Shown: positions 35,806 to 47,715 of the stretch, piece by piece
Position numbering within the stretch: the stretch's first letter is position 1
Layout of the letters: each line of letters starts with the position of its first letter
NCBI RefSeq assembly: GCF_000315625.1
Contig: NW_005434532.1
Span: forward strand, 98,703-162,702
DNA: 64,000 bases
DNA from: Guillardia theta CCMP2712
Lineage: Eukaryota > Protista > Cryptophyta
Direction: 5' to 3'
Program-made: the position numbers and the translations under genes
Notes under the pieces: model-generated
What the model was told of the DNA's origin: nothing
What the model saw: only the letters and a program-made list of their open reading frames with translations
Databases searched by the model: none

Positions 35806-36330
35806 ATGATCTGAGGGGGGAGAGGAGCTGACTGGTGAAGGGCAGCGACGATGAGTTTGTATCGGATGAGAGCGACGACCAAGAAGATGATGATTGAAAC
35901 TTTTCCCTCCTGCTCCTGCTCCTGCCCCTGCCCCTGCTCCTGCTCTTCTTCTTTCTCGCATCCACATATTGTTTTACCTTGACGTCTCCTTAGGACGAAG
36001 AGATTCACTTTGCTGTATTATATTCTGTCGAAAATTTACATTGAAACACCCACGTCCACAGACCCCCCACCCCAACTTTCTCCCTGAGCGCGATCGACAT
36101 CGCACAGTTACTGTTGGAGCAGACGTTGCATGAAATCATCTGGAACTGCGAAGCCCTAAGGCAGCGAGGTCAGCAGCGGGGCGAGGAAGGGAAGGCAGCA
36201 CCTGTTGTCTTGCTTCCATCAACCGCTCGATCATCGTCGCTCGCGCTTGCAACAGATCAGCCTTGGCTTTCGTCTCCTCCGCTGCCTGCAAATTTCGTTC
36301 AGCCCTCCACCTCCCCTCTGAGCTCCAAGC

Positions 36331-37440
36331 CTACAGCTCGCTTCTCTTCCGCCACAAGTTTGCGCTCTGCCATCGCTCTTGCTTCCTGCTGGGAGTCAGG
36401 GGGAAACCTGCCAGGCCGGCAGCTCTGCTCATCACCTCTCGGTCGAAGATGGAAGGAGGAAACGAGAGCGCGTCGTCCACCACTGGTCTCTTGGATCCAC
36501 AAGGCGTCAACGGTGTCTGAAACACCTGCAGCTGTGTCATCATTTCTCGCCCCCCCTTGTCCTCCTGCACCTGGCGCATGGCGTCTTGACTCCGCTGACG
36601 CTGCTCTTCCCTACTCGGCCGTCCTCTAGCCGGCTCCTAACGGTGATACGTGAGGGGAAGCAGGAGAGACGAAGCTGCTTACGTGGCTCTGATGGTAGGC
36701 CTCCAACGCAACACACCTCCTCCATAGGCTGAAAAGAGGATCAAGACAGATAGAGCAAACGAGGATGTTGGACCCGTCCATCTCAGTCTCAGCAGGAGCC
36801 GGTTCTCCTGCCTCCATTCTCCGTCTCGACTCTTCCTATCCGCATGTGACCAACAGACAATGAGCGAGTCTGATTCAACCTTCCAGGCCTTGAGCCCTTC
36901 GTTAAACTTCTCCTTCGCTGTCCCGATCTGAATGCCGTACATCAAGAAACTGCAGTTTGCACACAGCGAAACCTTGAGAGCTCCTTTGCCGTGAATCTGA
37001 AAGATTTCCTGCTGGTTGAGACTTTCAACGAGGTCTGTCCATGCTTTCCCCTTGCCATCATGTCAGTGAACAAGTCAACCCCACCAGTCCAAGTCACTTG
37101 TTGGCCATGCTCGAATACTCTGCCATCGTGCGCTACTGCTCTCAAGATCTCCAGGAGCCTGAGAAGAGAAACAAGGGAGTCAGGGAAGGTCACAAGAACA
37201 TGGTCGTGCTGTACACCTTCTCCGCCCTATCTCTCTTTCAAATCGCTGATCGAACTATCAGTCTACTGACACAGGCAACTCCACCCCCTCACCAGTCGCG
37301 GTTCAACCAGCTTCCCCCCAGGAGCATCCTGTCAATGACTTCAGCAAGACTTTAACACAAGCGTCCAATGTTCTTCTCACCATGGATCCCTGCACGTACG
37401 CTGGTTGCGACGGGCTCTGAACATACGTAGCTTGCTGCAT
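36331..37440 (-). CDS. Hypothetical multi-exon protein
   Basis: Open exons (MQQATYVQSP, LLEILRAVAHDGRVF, ILVCSICLDPLF) with GT-AG introns. Confidence 0.4.
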
Positions 37441-37731
37441 GGAAGCAGATAGTTCGAAACTTCCAGTAGTATGAGGGCGATGAGTGAAAGGCCGGCAAAA
37501 CCCCTTTTCAAACAATTAAATACAAATCGGCGGATTTCATTGCTGTGCGCGAAAATGCAAGGACGGGGAGATAGGAGGTGGGCGCGGCAGGAGAGAGGGA
37601 GGGAGGAGATCATGTGAGATGATACTGTCGATGAGAGAAACACTGAGCACGAGATGATCTGAAGTCTGACAAGGAGCCAGAGACATGCAGTCTGAAGAAG
37701 GTGACCTCGTTTGCTTCGACTGCAGCAACTG

Positions 37732-40700
37732 ATGTTTGCCTTGAAAGGATCAGGTAGCACGCGAACCATTGGTGAAGCTCAGCTACTGTTCTGGGTTCAG
37801 GTTCGAAGACTTACGACAACTCGTAGCAAGTGACTCTCTTGCAGCGAATGATGGACTTGAAAGAGGAGCCTAGCGTCGACATGTTTCGAGACGGCTCTAT
37901 GTTTCTCAGCATTCTACGTCGCATGCTGGGCGAAGACGTTGGTATGCGATGCCTCCTATCCCGTACCGATTGTTTACTGCAGGACAACATCATTCGCGCG
38001 CTTGAGGCAGGGGTCAGCTCTCCTGCCCGCACGCAAGAGCAGGTTCTGCAAAATCTGCTAATGATAGAGGCGATGCTGCGAGAGGAGATAGGACACGTCG
38101 ATCAAGTCGAGGTGATGGAAGTCTATCAAGGAAGACGAGAAGCGATCGCCACTATCCTTCTTGCACTCTACCAGCTTTACTGCAAGAGATGCACCACTGA
38201 AGTGAAACGCGTTCGCGTGCGATCAAGAAAAGGTATCAAGCCGCATGATACCAGTATTAGCCGACAGGCGGAGCCGGCATGGGACGAGGCGGCAGAAGGG
38301 AGTGCACTGAGCTTACCGGCGAGTTTCGCATCCTCCCTTGGCTCTGACCAGACGCCTGCTAAGATTCTTGCTCATGCTCGCTGGTCGACGTCATGGCTTG
38401 CTGCATGCTCGCCAAAGTTTCAGAGGTCGTTTGTGATCGCGCGTGTTGCTCTGACTTGCCTCTTCTCAGGTCCTTATGTCCTCCTTCCATCATGACCCTG
38501 TGGGATCACGTGAAAGATGATGTTCACCGCGATCACTTCAACTTGCAGAGCATGCAGGGCAGTGACTTGCAAGCTGTGTGGGGGGAGGGCCGCTGGTTCT
38601 CCCGAGCCTGCATGTCGGCAGCTCTATACGCCGTCTTGCTTCACTCGCTCGGGGAAGATGTTGATGTCAGTGAGGCTGAAGATCGAGGAAAGCTGAGGCT
38701 CGTGGTCAACCACTTGCAGGCTTGCGGTGTCAAGGTTCGACTGCTCGTTTGCTCACTTGAGCGATTCCGCTAGCCTGACTGCCGGCCCCAGGTGAAGCTG
38801 GTCGCGCACGCCGACGTTGAGGAAGAAGAAGTATACAAGTCTGCGGGGGCTCATGCGGCGATCCTGGACGGAGTCGCGATGATTTTCATCCGATCGTTCC
38901 TGTCAGTCGAGCAGATCCACCAGCAAACGGTTTCACTGTGGAAGAATTTCACAGAGAACCACCCGCAGGAGGCGAGCAGGAGTGAATTTCGAGCTGAGAA
39001 ACCTTTGGACCTTGAAGACGCGCTTGCCATGTGGATGTCTTGTGAATTGCAACTCTGCAGACATTCAAACCTCCCGGTAGTCCGCCAGCTGTTCGACCAG
39101 CTGTTCAACTCCAACACTTCGAGCACCGTTGAGGAGCTTCAGATGGACATCAGCGACGGCAAAGCTCTTCTTCTTGTCTTGTCGTCTCATGCTCCTGACC
39201 TGGTCACGTCGGCATTACCTTCTGACATGCTCGCAAGAGGTGAAGAGGAGGGAGGAGGAGCTGCCGGGCGGTCGACAAGGACCAAGTCTCTTCTTGTCCT
39301 TGCCTCCCTCAAGGTCTGTGCGAAGCTGCAGCTTCTGTCTAGCAGCGTCTTTGATAATGTGAACACGCATGCTCCTCCTCACCTGCATGTTCTCCTGCAA
39401 GCGCCAGACCTTGTGTTCGTCTCCTCCGCCATGAAGCCGCTGGTTCTTCTTTTCCTTTCGCTCCTCCATGTGAAGCTCTCGGGAAATCGACAGGCGGAGG
39501 GGAAGAATGAGTCAGCAGCAGGGCCCTCAGACAGCGGCAGAAAGACGCAAGATGAGCTTCTGCTAGGAAGCACTATCGGGGGATCGAACTTGGTCTTGCA
39601 GCCCCTGCAGATGTCAAACTCGTTGCGAACGCCGCACAAGCAGTTGACGTCTGCGATTGAGAGTGTCAGCAACAGCTCTCAGAGTCAGAGCTCTCCTGCC
39701 AGCCTGCGAGGCGCGGGAGGTAGCGGATCTTCTCCCTCCTCCCAGCAGAGGACCAGCAGCGGGTTGTCGGAAGTTCTCATTATCCAGAGCCCGACGCAGA
39801 GCGAGCAATCGGAGCCCTCAGCCTCTCCCAGCTACCTTGACGAGTCATCCTCCTCCCCTTTGCCCGCTCCCACCTGGCGCACGTCATCTCCCTATCTGCT
39901 CGCTGGTGGAGAGCAGCAGGAGAAGTCAAGCGGCGCTCTCGATCAATCGGGAGGAAGCTCGAGAGCTGGAGGAGTTGCTCCGGTTGAGCTGGAGGAGCAG
40001 CTTAAACAGCAGCAGGACGAGAATGTGAACGTCAGGAATCAACAGAAAGAAGAGGAGGAACAGGAGCGGGGACAGGAACAGGAACAGGAGGAGTCTGGAA
40101 ATGGGCAGGAGAATGCAAAAGAGGAGGAGGAGGAGGAGGAGGAGGAGGAGGATCAACAGGATGGGGAAGAAAGGTTGGAAGAAGCGAAGCTGATTGCCAG
40201 AAGAGAGACTTGGTCGCCTCGACTTGATCTCAGCAGAAAATCAGACGGGGGGGAGCAAGTGGTGCAAATGAGAGCCAGCGAGGAAGGAGGACACGAGGAG
40301 CCTGAAATAATGCGACAAAGTTGGAAGATCGAGGAGTTTTCAAATGAGCAATGTGATGACACAGAGAAAGAGTTGCCGTCACTGTCTACTTCCCTCAGCT
40401 CATCGTTCAAAAGTTCGAGATTGGCGTCTCAAGACTCGAGCTCTGACGTGCGAGACCTGATGCGTGCACAAACGTTCAACCAACACAAGACTGACGGAGG
40501 TCAAGATGAAAGTAGAAACCATGACGACGATCGTGATTTTGACAACAAACATTATGATGGTGGTGATGAAAATGTTTCTTTGGTTCGAGATGGTGGAGAT
40601 TCGACAATTGACAAGCAAAGAGATACGACGAATGTGTTGGATGATAATTACCTTTATGTCCAAGAAGACAGCATACGACAAGACGAGGAGACCTCAAAGG

Positions 40701-41699
40701 GTCTCCGTACCAGCAGAATCGGTGGAGAGGAGGATGTTGCAGATGAAGGACAGGAAGAAAGCAACATTAGAAGTGACATGAAGGAGACTCTTGAGACTTC
40801 AGGGCCTACAGTACAGGATGAAGCAGCTGATTTGACGCCACCGAGCCGTCATCCTCCTAGGGAGCAACACGCATATGACGATAGCGCGAGGATCTCAGGG
40901 AGCCTGGAAGGCAAGGTTTGTTCCGTTGCTTTTGACGATGATCGGCGACATGGTGAGAAGCATGTGTGTGTCTCATCAGAACAAGAGGAGGAGGAGATGG
41001 ATCAAGCTCAAGATAACGAGAATGATGTTGATACACTTGGCAACGTCCCTACCACGTTCGAAGCTGTGCAGGAAATCCAGACAATACAAGATGAAGATGA
41101 AAAGAAGAAAGTTTCTGCACTTTCGAGAGAGCTAGTCGTAGCTGATGACCTTCAAGGGCTTGATGGTGAAGGCAAAGAGACAAGTCAAGTTGACTCTTGT
41201 GCGGACATATCAGCGGATGTTCATCAGGAAGGGAAGGACGAGGGCAACGACTCGCTGCTGTCGGTTTGGAATTCGCAGGGCAACATCTTGAAGGACCTTC
41301 AGCTCACTCGACTGTCCCTGCGCTTGTCCGAGGCTCCTCGCGATGTTCCGCGGACTTTCGAGGATGTAAGAGAAGAAGGCGAAGTAGAATCGAGCGAGTC
41401 ACCTGCCGTCCTGCCGCCTTCCGACACTCTTGCGACCATGGACGGAGAGGAAGGAGGATCATACAGCGATGAAGGACAGGAGCAAGATGAAGCGCTTGTA
41501 AATGAGGAGGAGGTAGACGACGGTGATCAAGGCCGTAAGGAGAGCGCTGGAAAAATTGCGGAGGAACAAGTTACGACGAAGGCGGAAGAAGAAGATGAGG
41601 AGGAAGAATTGAACTATCAAGGCCTTGATACAGAAGTGCAAGAAATGGTCAAGGAGGAGGAGAATGAGGAGGAGGAGGAGGAGGAGGAGGAGCAGGAGG

Positions 41700-41731
<32 letters not shown>

Positions 41732-42628
41732 CAGCAGCTTGAAGTGCCTGTGGAGCTATTCGACGAGGGCAAAGGAGGGAATGGAGAGGAAATGGACGAG
41801 GGTGACAGATTGCTTCATCAGGGTACTCCTAGGGAAGAGAGAGATTCCGTGACAGAGGAAGAGGAGGAGGCGGAGGAGGTGGCAGCGGTGGCGGGGAGGA
41901 GGAAGAGGAAGAGGCAATGGTGAATGAGGAGGAGGCGGGGAGAGGAAAGGAGGAGGAGGAGGAGGAGGAGGAGGAGGAGGAGGAGGAGGAGGAGAGGGAA
42001 AAGGAGTATGATGCACGTGATTGTTCCTCTGCGCATGAAGCCTCGTTGACCTCAGGAAGGGATGATAAGGTCGAGTTGCTCCTTCTACCTCAGTCTCCTC
42101 ACTTGTTGTCTGCAGTCGCAAGTCAGGGAGATGGAGATTGAAAGTCATTCTCGTAGAGACCTGACGACGGAGGACTGGCAAGCAAGTCTTCACGTCGAGG
42201 AGGGGGAGGACGAGGAGGAGGAGATAGTGAAGAAGGAGGACACGGAGGAAGAAATGGAGGAGCAGGAGGAGCAGGAGGAGGATAGGCAGCGAGTGCTCTC
42301 CTCGTATGGACGGCTTGCTACGGATGTGTCAGGAGGTGCCGGCATGGAGCAGAAGCATCGAGCTGAGGAGGGAGATGCGATGCTGAGCAAGCAAGGAAAC
42401 GCTCCTCAGACCCCAGAGATCAAGAAGCGACATGTTGGCGCAGTCAGGGAGACCAAGAGGCAGCAAGAGTCTTGGATCGGCGAGTGTCAGCTAGTTATGT
42501 GATAGGATTGTGATTTTTCGGTTGACAGGAGCTGGAGCAGATCGGAACGATACTGTCGCTCGTCCATCCACCGCTCCCGGGAAAGTTTCTTCAGCACACA
42601 ATGGGGCAGAACAGGTAAAACTTGCCAG

Positions 42629-42699
<71 letters not shown>

Positions 42700-45595
42700 T
42701 CTTTTCTTCTTGTTTTTTCGTGCTCAAGCTGAAATCTCGCATCAGGGATCTGTGCTTCCTGGAGGAAAAGATCAAAGGAAGCTGAGACTTGAGCTACAGC
42801 AGGAAAGAGTTTTCTTGATTTTTCTTGAATACCATCCCTCTCTGTCCTTCGAGCTCTCTTCGCCTGATGCCGTCAGTGTCTCACTTTGCTGAAAGCTGAG
42901 ATTCGATTGCTTTTGCATATAGAGTGATCAAAGCACATGATGTTGTTGTTTTCCTTGTGATCTTTGAATGTTGTTGTCCTGGTGTTGGATTCTGTAAACC
43001 CTTATCTTGATTTCTCCTCGAGTCTGTTCCATCAGTTTGTGAAATCTTTCTGTCAGGCGCAAAGAGACATCGAGAGATCTCGAGCTGCAGCTGAAAAGGT
43101 TTCTGTCCCCAGCTGACTTCCAGTTGCTGAACCCTGTCTCAGGAGCGAGCAGAGCTGCGCAAGAGGATAGGACGAGAAGCCTTCCAGCTCCTGCTGGGCA
43201 TGCAAGAGGAGGCCGGCCAAGATGTGCGGGAGGCGCAGCAGGAGAGTCGCTGCCTTGATGATGAGCGAGAGTGCGAGGAGATGGAGGCAGGGGAGGAGGA
43301 GAAGGCAGGGGAGGAGGAGAGAAGAGGTCAACTGATCCCGATGTTATCATCCGAAGCTGGAGATGACGACAGAGCACGGAGCGTACGACAGGAGCGTGAG
43401 ATGATAGAGGAGGAGGAGGAGGAGGAGGAGGAGGAGGAGGAGGAGGAAAAGGAGCATGAGAAGGGTTTGGATAAGGGGATGCATGCTGCCAGAACAACAA
43501 CCAGATTCGAAAGACACGAAGAAAACATCAGTGAACGCTCTCCTCCAAGCTTGCTGCAAGTATGTTTCTAGATGTTTCTTGAATAACTTTGTCATTACGA
43601 TGTACATGTTCTGTTGATTAATTGATTTTATGATTTCTTACAGGAATCGTCCCAGATGCATTCGTCACATCAAAGCGAAGTCAGTGAAAGAATGTCGCCT
43701 TCCAGAACTTCGCGAGTAGCTTTGATCACTTGCTTTGTGTTTGCAAACTCAACTACATGTCAGAACCGTATCGATCATGACGTCACTGCAGCTTCTGGTG
43801 ATTGTCAAAACGTCTTCTTTCTTTTCCTGCTTATCCTTGCTCAGATCGTTTCCTGTCGCTGAGCTCCATCCGTGAAGAGCGTGAAGGACACAGGGAGGAT
43901 GAGCTTGTGTCGGAGGAGAGAGGAGGAGCAGGTGAAGGGAGGGAGTCCAGCCGGCCCGCTGCTCATGGCGCCTCAGGCTCGCGTCAGTTGTCGGAAAGGT
44001 CGAGCTCCAAGTAGGAGGAGCCGCATGAGTCTCGCACTGACAGAAGCTCGCGCAGGAAACAAGCTTGGTCGCAAGAGATTCTCCTCCCTCCCCAACCTCG
44101 AGATCAGGATGAAATCGACAAGTCAAGGTCCTGGAGGATGCAGCTCAAAAGCATTCTTTCCTCCTCCTCCTCTCCGTGTGCTCCTACAGACGCCTCCATC
44201 GGCTCTGCAGCCCTGCCACGTGCTCCCAATGTTACGGAGCCGTTGATGGGGTCAGAAGCGAAACAGAGCAGGCGAGCATGATGATGTCCGAGCAAGGCTA
44301 TTTCTTGCAGGGCGCAGGAGCCTTCGAGATCTGAGCGAGGGGAGGAGGAGGCGACTGAGAGCGATAGCGTGGAGGAACGCAGGCTGCAGAAGTTCCTTGC
44401 GCTGAGGAGGAGGAGGGAGGAGGACGCGCAGATGAGAAAGCAGAGCTCGATGACCAACAGCTCGGGCCCGTCGGTGAGCAAGAGGACCGTGACTCCAGCA
44501 GGAGCCTCCGCCAGCAGGTCTGTCGGTGAAGTTGGGGTGCAGTTGGCGAGGTGAAGGAAATGTTGGCAGGCATTCAAACAAGAAGATCATTCGCAATGCC
44601 ATCGCTCATGTCTGTCTCGTCGCGGTTCGCTTCCACTCCCTCTCTCTTGGTCTCCTTTGAAGCTCTACCTATGTTCTATCTCCTTGACACTTTCCTCGCT
44701 CTCAACCCTTCCCCTCCTCCTCCTCCCTCTCAACCCTTTCCCCCTTCCTCGATCTGAGACCTGCTCTCCTCGCGGTCTCAATGTCTCCTCGATCCTCTGC
44801 TCGCTGGTTCAAAGGTCTGACTCGATCGCAGGTCGTGGAGCACAAGAAGCGCGATGCTGTCCTCGGCCTGCTGGACTCCTGTGGCAGCGAGACCGCAAAC
44901 TTCTGCATCCTCCTCGTGCGAGACCCAAATCTCCGATACAGGTTGAGATAACATGTGATGATGAGAGGCAGAGGCAGAGGCAGATGGAGTGTGAGGACGA
45001 GGAAAGGGTTTCAAAGTGATCGTTCTCTTGATAGAGGTCTCTATTCCGTCGATCTTGTGGAGAGCCGAGCACAGCTTTTGAGTGGGACAGGTCCCAAGGT
45101 AAAACTCTGAGGGTAGAGGAGTTGAAGGGGTGCAAGGGAGGGCGGGGGGAGCAGAAGGGGAGCAGGAGGGGGAGCAGAAGGGGGGATTGGGGGAGGGGGA
45201 GAAGAAGGGAGAGGAGGAGGGGGAGGAAGGAGTGGAGGTGTTGTGGACTAAGTTGCATGGCAAGTTCGTTACAGTCGACATGATACGCGAGTTCCTCAAG
45301 TACGACTCAGGTGAGGGGATGTGAAGGCGAAGAAAGCATGAAAGTAGACTAGAGAAAACAGAGGTCATGGTGAACGAGGCAGAGAGGGAGGGAGGGAGGG
45401 AGGGAGGGAGGGAGGGAGGGAGGGAGGGAGGGAGGGAGGGAGGGAGGGGAACTTAAGTTGGAGGGTCAGATGAGGAAGGAGTGAAGCTGTGCTGCAGGTA
45501 CCAAATCGTTCCGGGTGCTGGAGACGAGAGACTTCAGCTCGTCTGTAGATGGAGTAGTTTTACATCCGATGACTTACAAATCAGTTAAGATATAA
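37732..45595 (+). CDS. CAMSAP: CAMSAP/Patronin-family microtubule-binding protein: extra CH + CAMSAP N-terminal region + CAMSAP-CH + acidic linker + CKK
   Basis: LLFWVQ|...FRDGSMFLSIL (CH); AKILAHARW; AHAAILDGVAMIFIRSFLSVEQI; KPLDLEDALAMWM; DISDGKALLLVLSSHAP; C-terminal SNKKIIRNAIAHVCL...NFCILLVRDPNLRYRGLY...GTGPK...IREFLKYDSGTKSFRVLETRDFSSSVDGVVL (CKK); stop 45593-45595. Confidence 0.88.
42628..42698 (+). repeat. (GCTCCT)n hexamer microsatellite, intronic
   Basis: Direct reading. Confidence 0.95.
45385..45447 (+). repeat. (GGGA)n tract in last CAMSAP intron (G-quadruplex/H-DNA potential)
   Basis: Direct reading. Confidence 0.95.
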
Positions 45596-45656
45596 GGTTT
45601 TAGTTTAGCAGGAAGGAAACGGAGAGGCATCGCTGGCTACAACTCTACCTCTTTTA

Positions 45657-46921
45657 TCAATCTCCATGTATAGCTTTCAGAATTTGTCTTGTGAATACTG
45701 CTGGGTCGGCATGATGAATGATGCTCCTGGTCAGCTCGTCACATATCAAACAGCACAGCAATCATGCCCGCTCACCTTCCATACACAAGACCTGCGGCAC
45801 CCATCTCAATGAACTTGCGCGCGTCTTCGATCATGCCTTCTTCATCTCCCTTGTCGCTTCCTCGCAGCAGAACCTGCGAGGGCTGGCACACGTGCAAGAT
45901 AGTCTTGACGTCCTGGATGTTGACAGGAGGGTCGCATTTGAGGATGTCGCCTCCTAGCTCGCAAGCCAGCCTTGCTAGCGGCGCTGTGATGCTCATATCT
46001 GTCTCCAGCACAAAGGAATCCTTGTTCTCATTCCACTTCACCGCCAGCACCTCGACGATGAGCGGCATGTTCCATTTCGTGCAGGAGTTGCGCAGCGTGC
46101 AAACGTTCCGGACCGTCTGCTTGTGAATCTCGACGGCACCAGGCGCGTCCTCGGGGAGCTTGAGGAGAGTGCAGATGACGCCTGCTGCATCCAGCCGGAT
46201 CGCCTCCTCAATGATGTTCTCGTTCTGCAGCTCGCAGAAGGGCAGGCAAGGGAACTTTGCGGTGTACACGTTCGAGACATCACAGCGCAGGATCAGCGCA
46301 GGCACAGGACATCCTGCAGCCTGCGAGGCTGTGAGGAGGAGATGTGCTTGGCCAGGAGAGAGCTGAATGGAGTTGGGATGCAGCTGAACAAGAATTTTTA
46401 GCACGTCAGACATTGACCTGCAATGACAGTCAGGAACGAACAGGCAAGAAGTTTACTCACTCGATGCCAGCAAGGAAGCGGCCATCATTGAAAATTCCAT
46501 GATCCACTGCTATGTTGAGCATGCGTCCATCCCTCGTGTTGAACAGCCGCTTGGCGCGAGCAGAGCGGTCAAATATGTGCAAGGAACGAACATGTGTGGG
46601 AGCTGTAGAAGGATCGGATAGCACTTTTGTAGCTTGGTTGAGCTTGGCAATCCTGTTACGAACTGATCGCTCGTCTCTGATCGGCTTTCCCGTCATTGTA
46701 CACCATCTCTCGTACAAGTCTACCACCGTCTTCCATGCCCGAGCCGTCTGGGGCTTGATCTGTGAGAAAATCTTGGCAAGTTCTACATCCTCTTCATCCT
46801 GGTAGTTAGGGACCCCTCGCTTCCTTCCTCCTGACGCCTTTCTCTCTCCCTTGTCCTGCATCTTGTCGCCCTGCCCGTCTCCATCGTCCATCTTCCTTTC
46901 ACTGTCTTCCATCTCTGCCAT
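45657..46921 (-). CDS. Fusion: Myb/SANT-like N-terminal domain + class I aldolase (DhnA/FbaB-like, DeoC/LacD TIM barrel), 3 exons
   Basis: Exon 1 (46921-46461) runs without a break from RKRGVPNYQDEEDVEL...AWKTVVDLYERW...RDERSVRNRIAKL into RAKRLFN...IAVDHG; introns 46460-46418 and 45775-45727; MPLIVE, ELGGDILK (Schiff-base Lys), VLLRG and GAAGLVYGRSI motifs. Confidence 0.88.
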
Positions 46922-47099
46922 GCTGAGGAATGAGAAGGTAGGGTTGGGTAACGGTTGACACAGGGGAAGGGGGGTGAAGGGTGGCACAAGTCCTAGTTCC
47001 AGCTATAAGCTTGAGAGCCAAGGGTCCCTCCACCCCCCCTCCTTCCCAATTGATGTTCAAACAGAGACGTAACGGTCAAACCAAGGACCTCATCCCCAT

Positions 47100-47560
47100 A
47101 CTCGGATAGACTCGGCGGCGGCAGCGGCCGCCCGGCGGCGGGCAGCGGCCCGGGCCGGGGCTCAGCTCGCTCGGAGGCCCGGCTTTGATGAGGCCGCCGC
47201 GGCCCGGCGCCGCCACTGTGGGGACCGTACTGTAATGAGACAGAATGTTTCTGAGCCTCGGAGTCTCGCGGCGGCGGGGGGGGGCTCAGCCGCGACAGTG
47301 TTGGGGCTGCGACAAGCGGCAATCCGATCATTCGGAGGCGGACTACGCTGAAAGTTCACTGCAGACGGCCCCGGGTACCGACGGTCGCTCGGATTCCCGC
47401 TGGAGTCCCCGGAGCAGTGGTGGACCAGTGAATGGCACGGCTCGGAGCCTCCGCTCACTGCCGCGTTGTGCCAGTAACTTCAAGTCACACGACTCGTCTG
47501 ATCCGACTCGGACTCCCGGACTCCGGAACGCCGGTCGGCCCCCCGGGGTTTGCCGTTCTA
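47100..47560. promoter_or_regulatory. GC-rich palindrome-dense island between divergent genes
   Basis: Same word content as the other islands. Confidence 0.5.
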
Positions 47561-47715
47561 GTGGGGGTGGGGTGGCCTGAGGTTTGCTGCTCAAGGTTCT
47601 AACTTTTTAAACCAGCCCAGGCTAAAGTTTCAATTTTAGTAGCGTAGGGTCATGGCAGTTGATACCGTCAGAAGGGGGTGGGGTCTATTCGGTCAAGCTA
47701 AATTCTTTTGCGCTG

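Noticed and set aside
36740-36775. CSICLDP as a RING finger
   Set aside because: The remaining Cys/His ligands could not be found in a plausible spliced frame.
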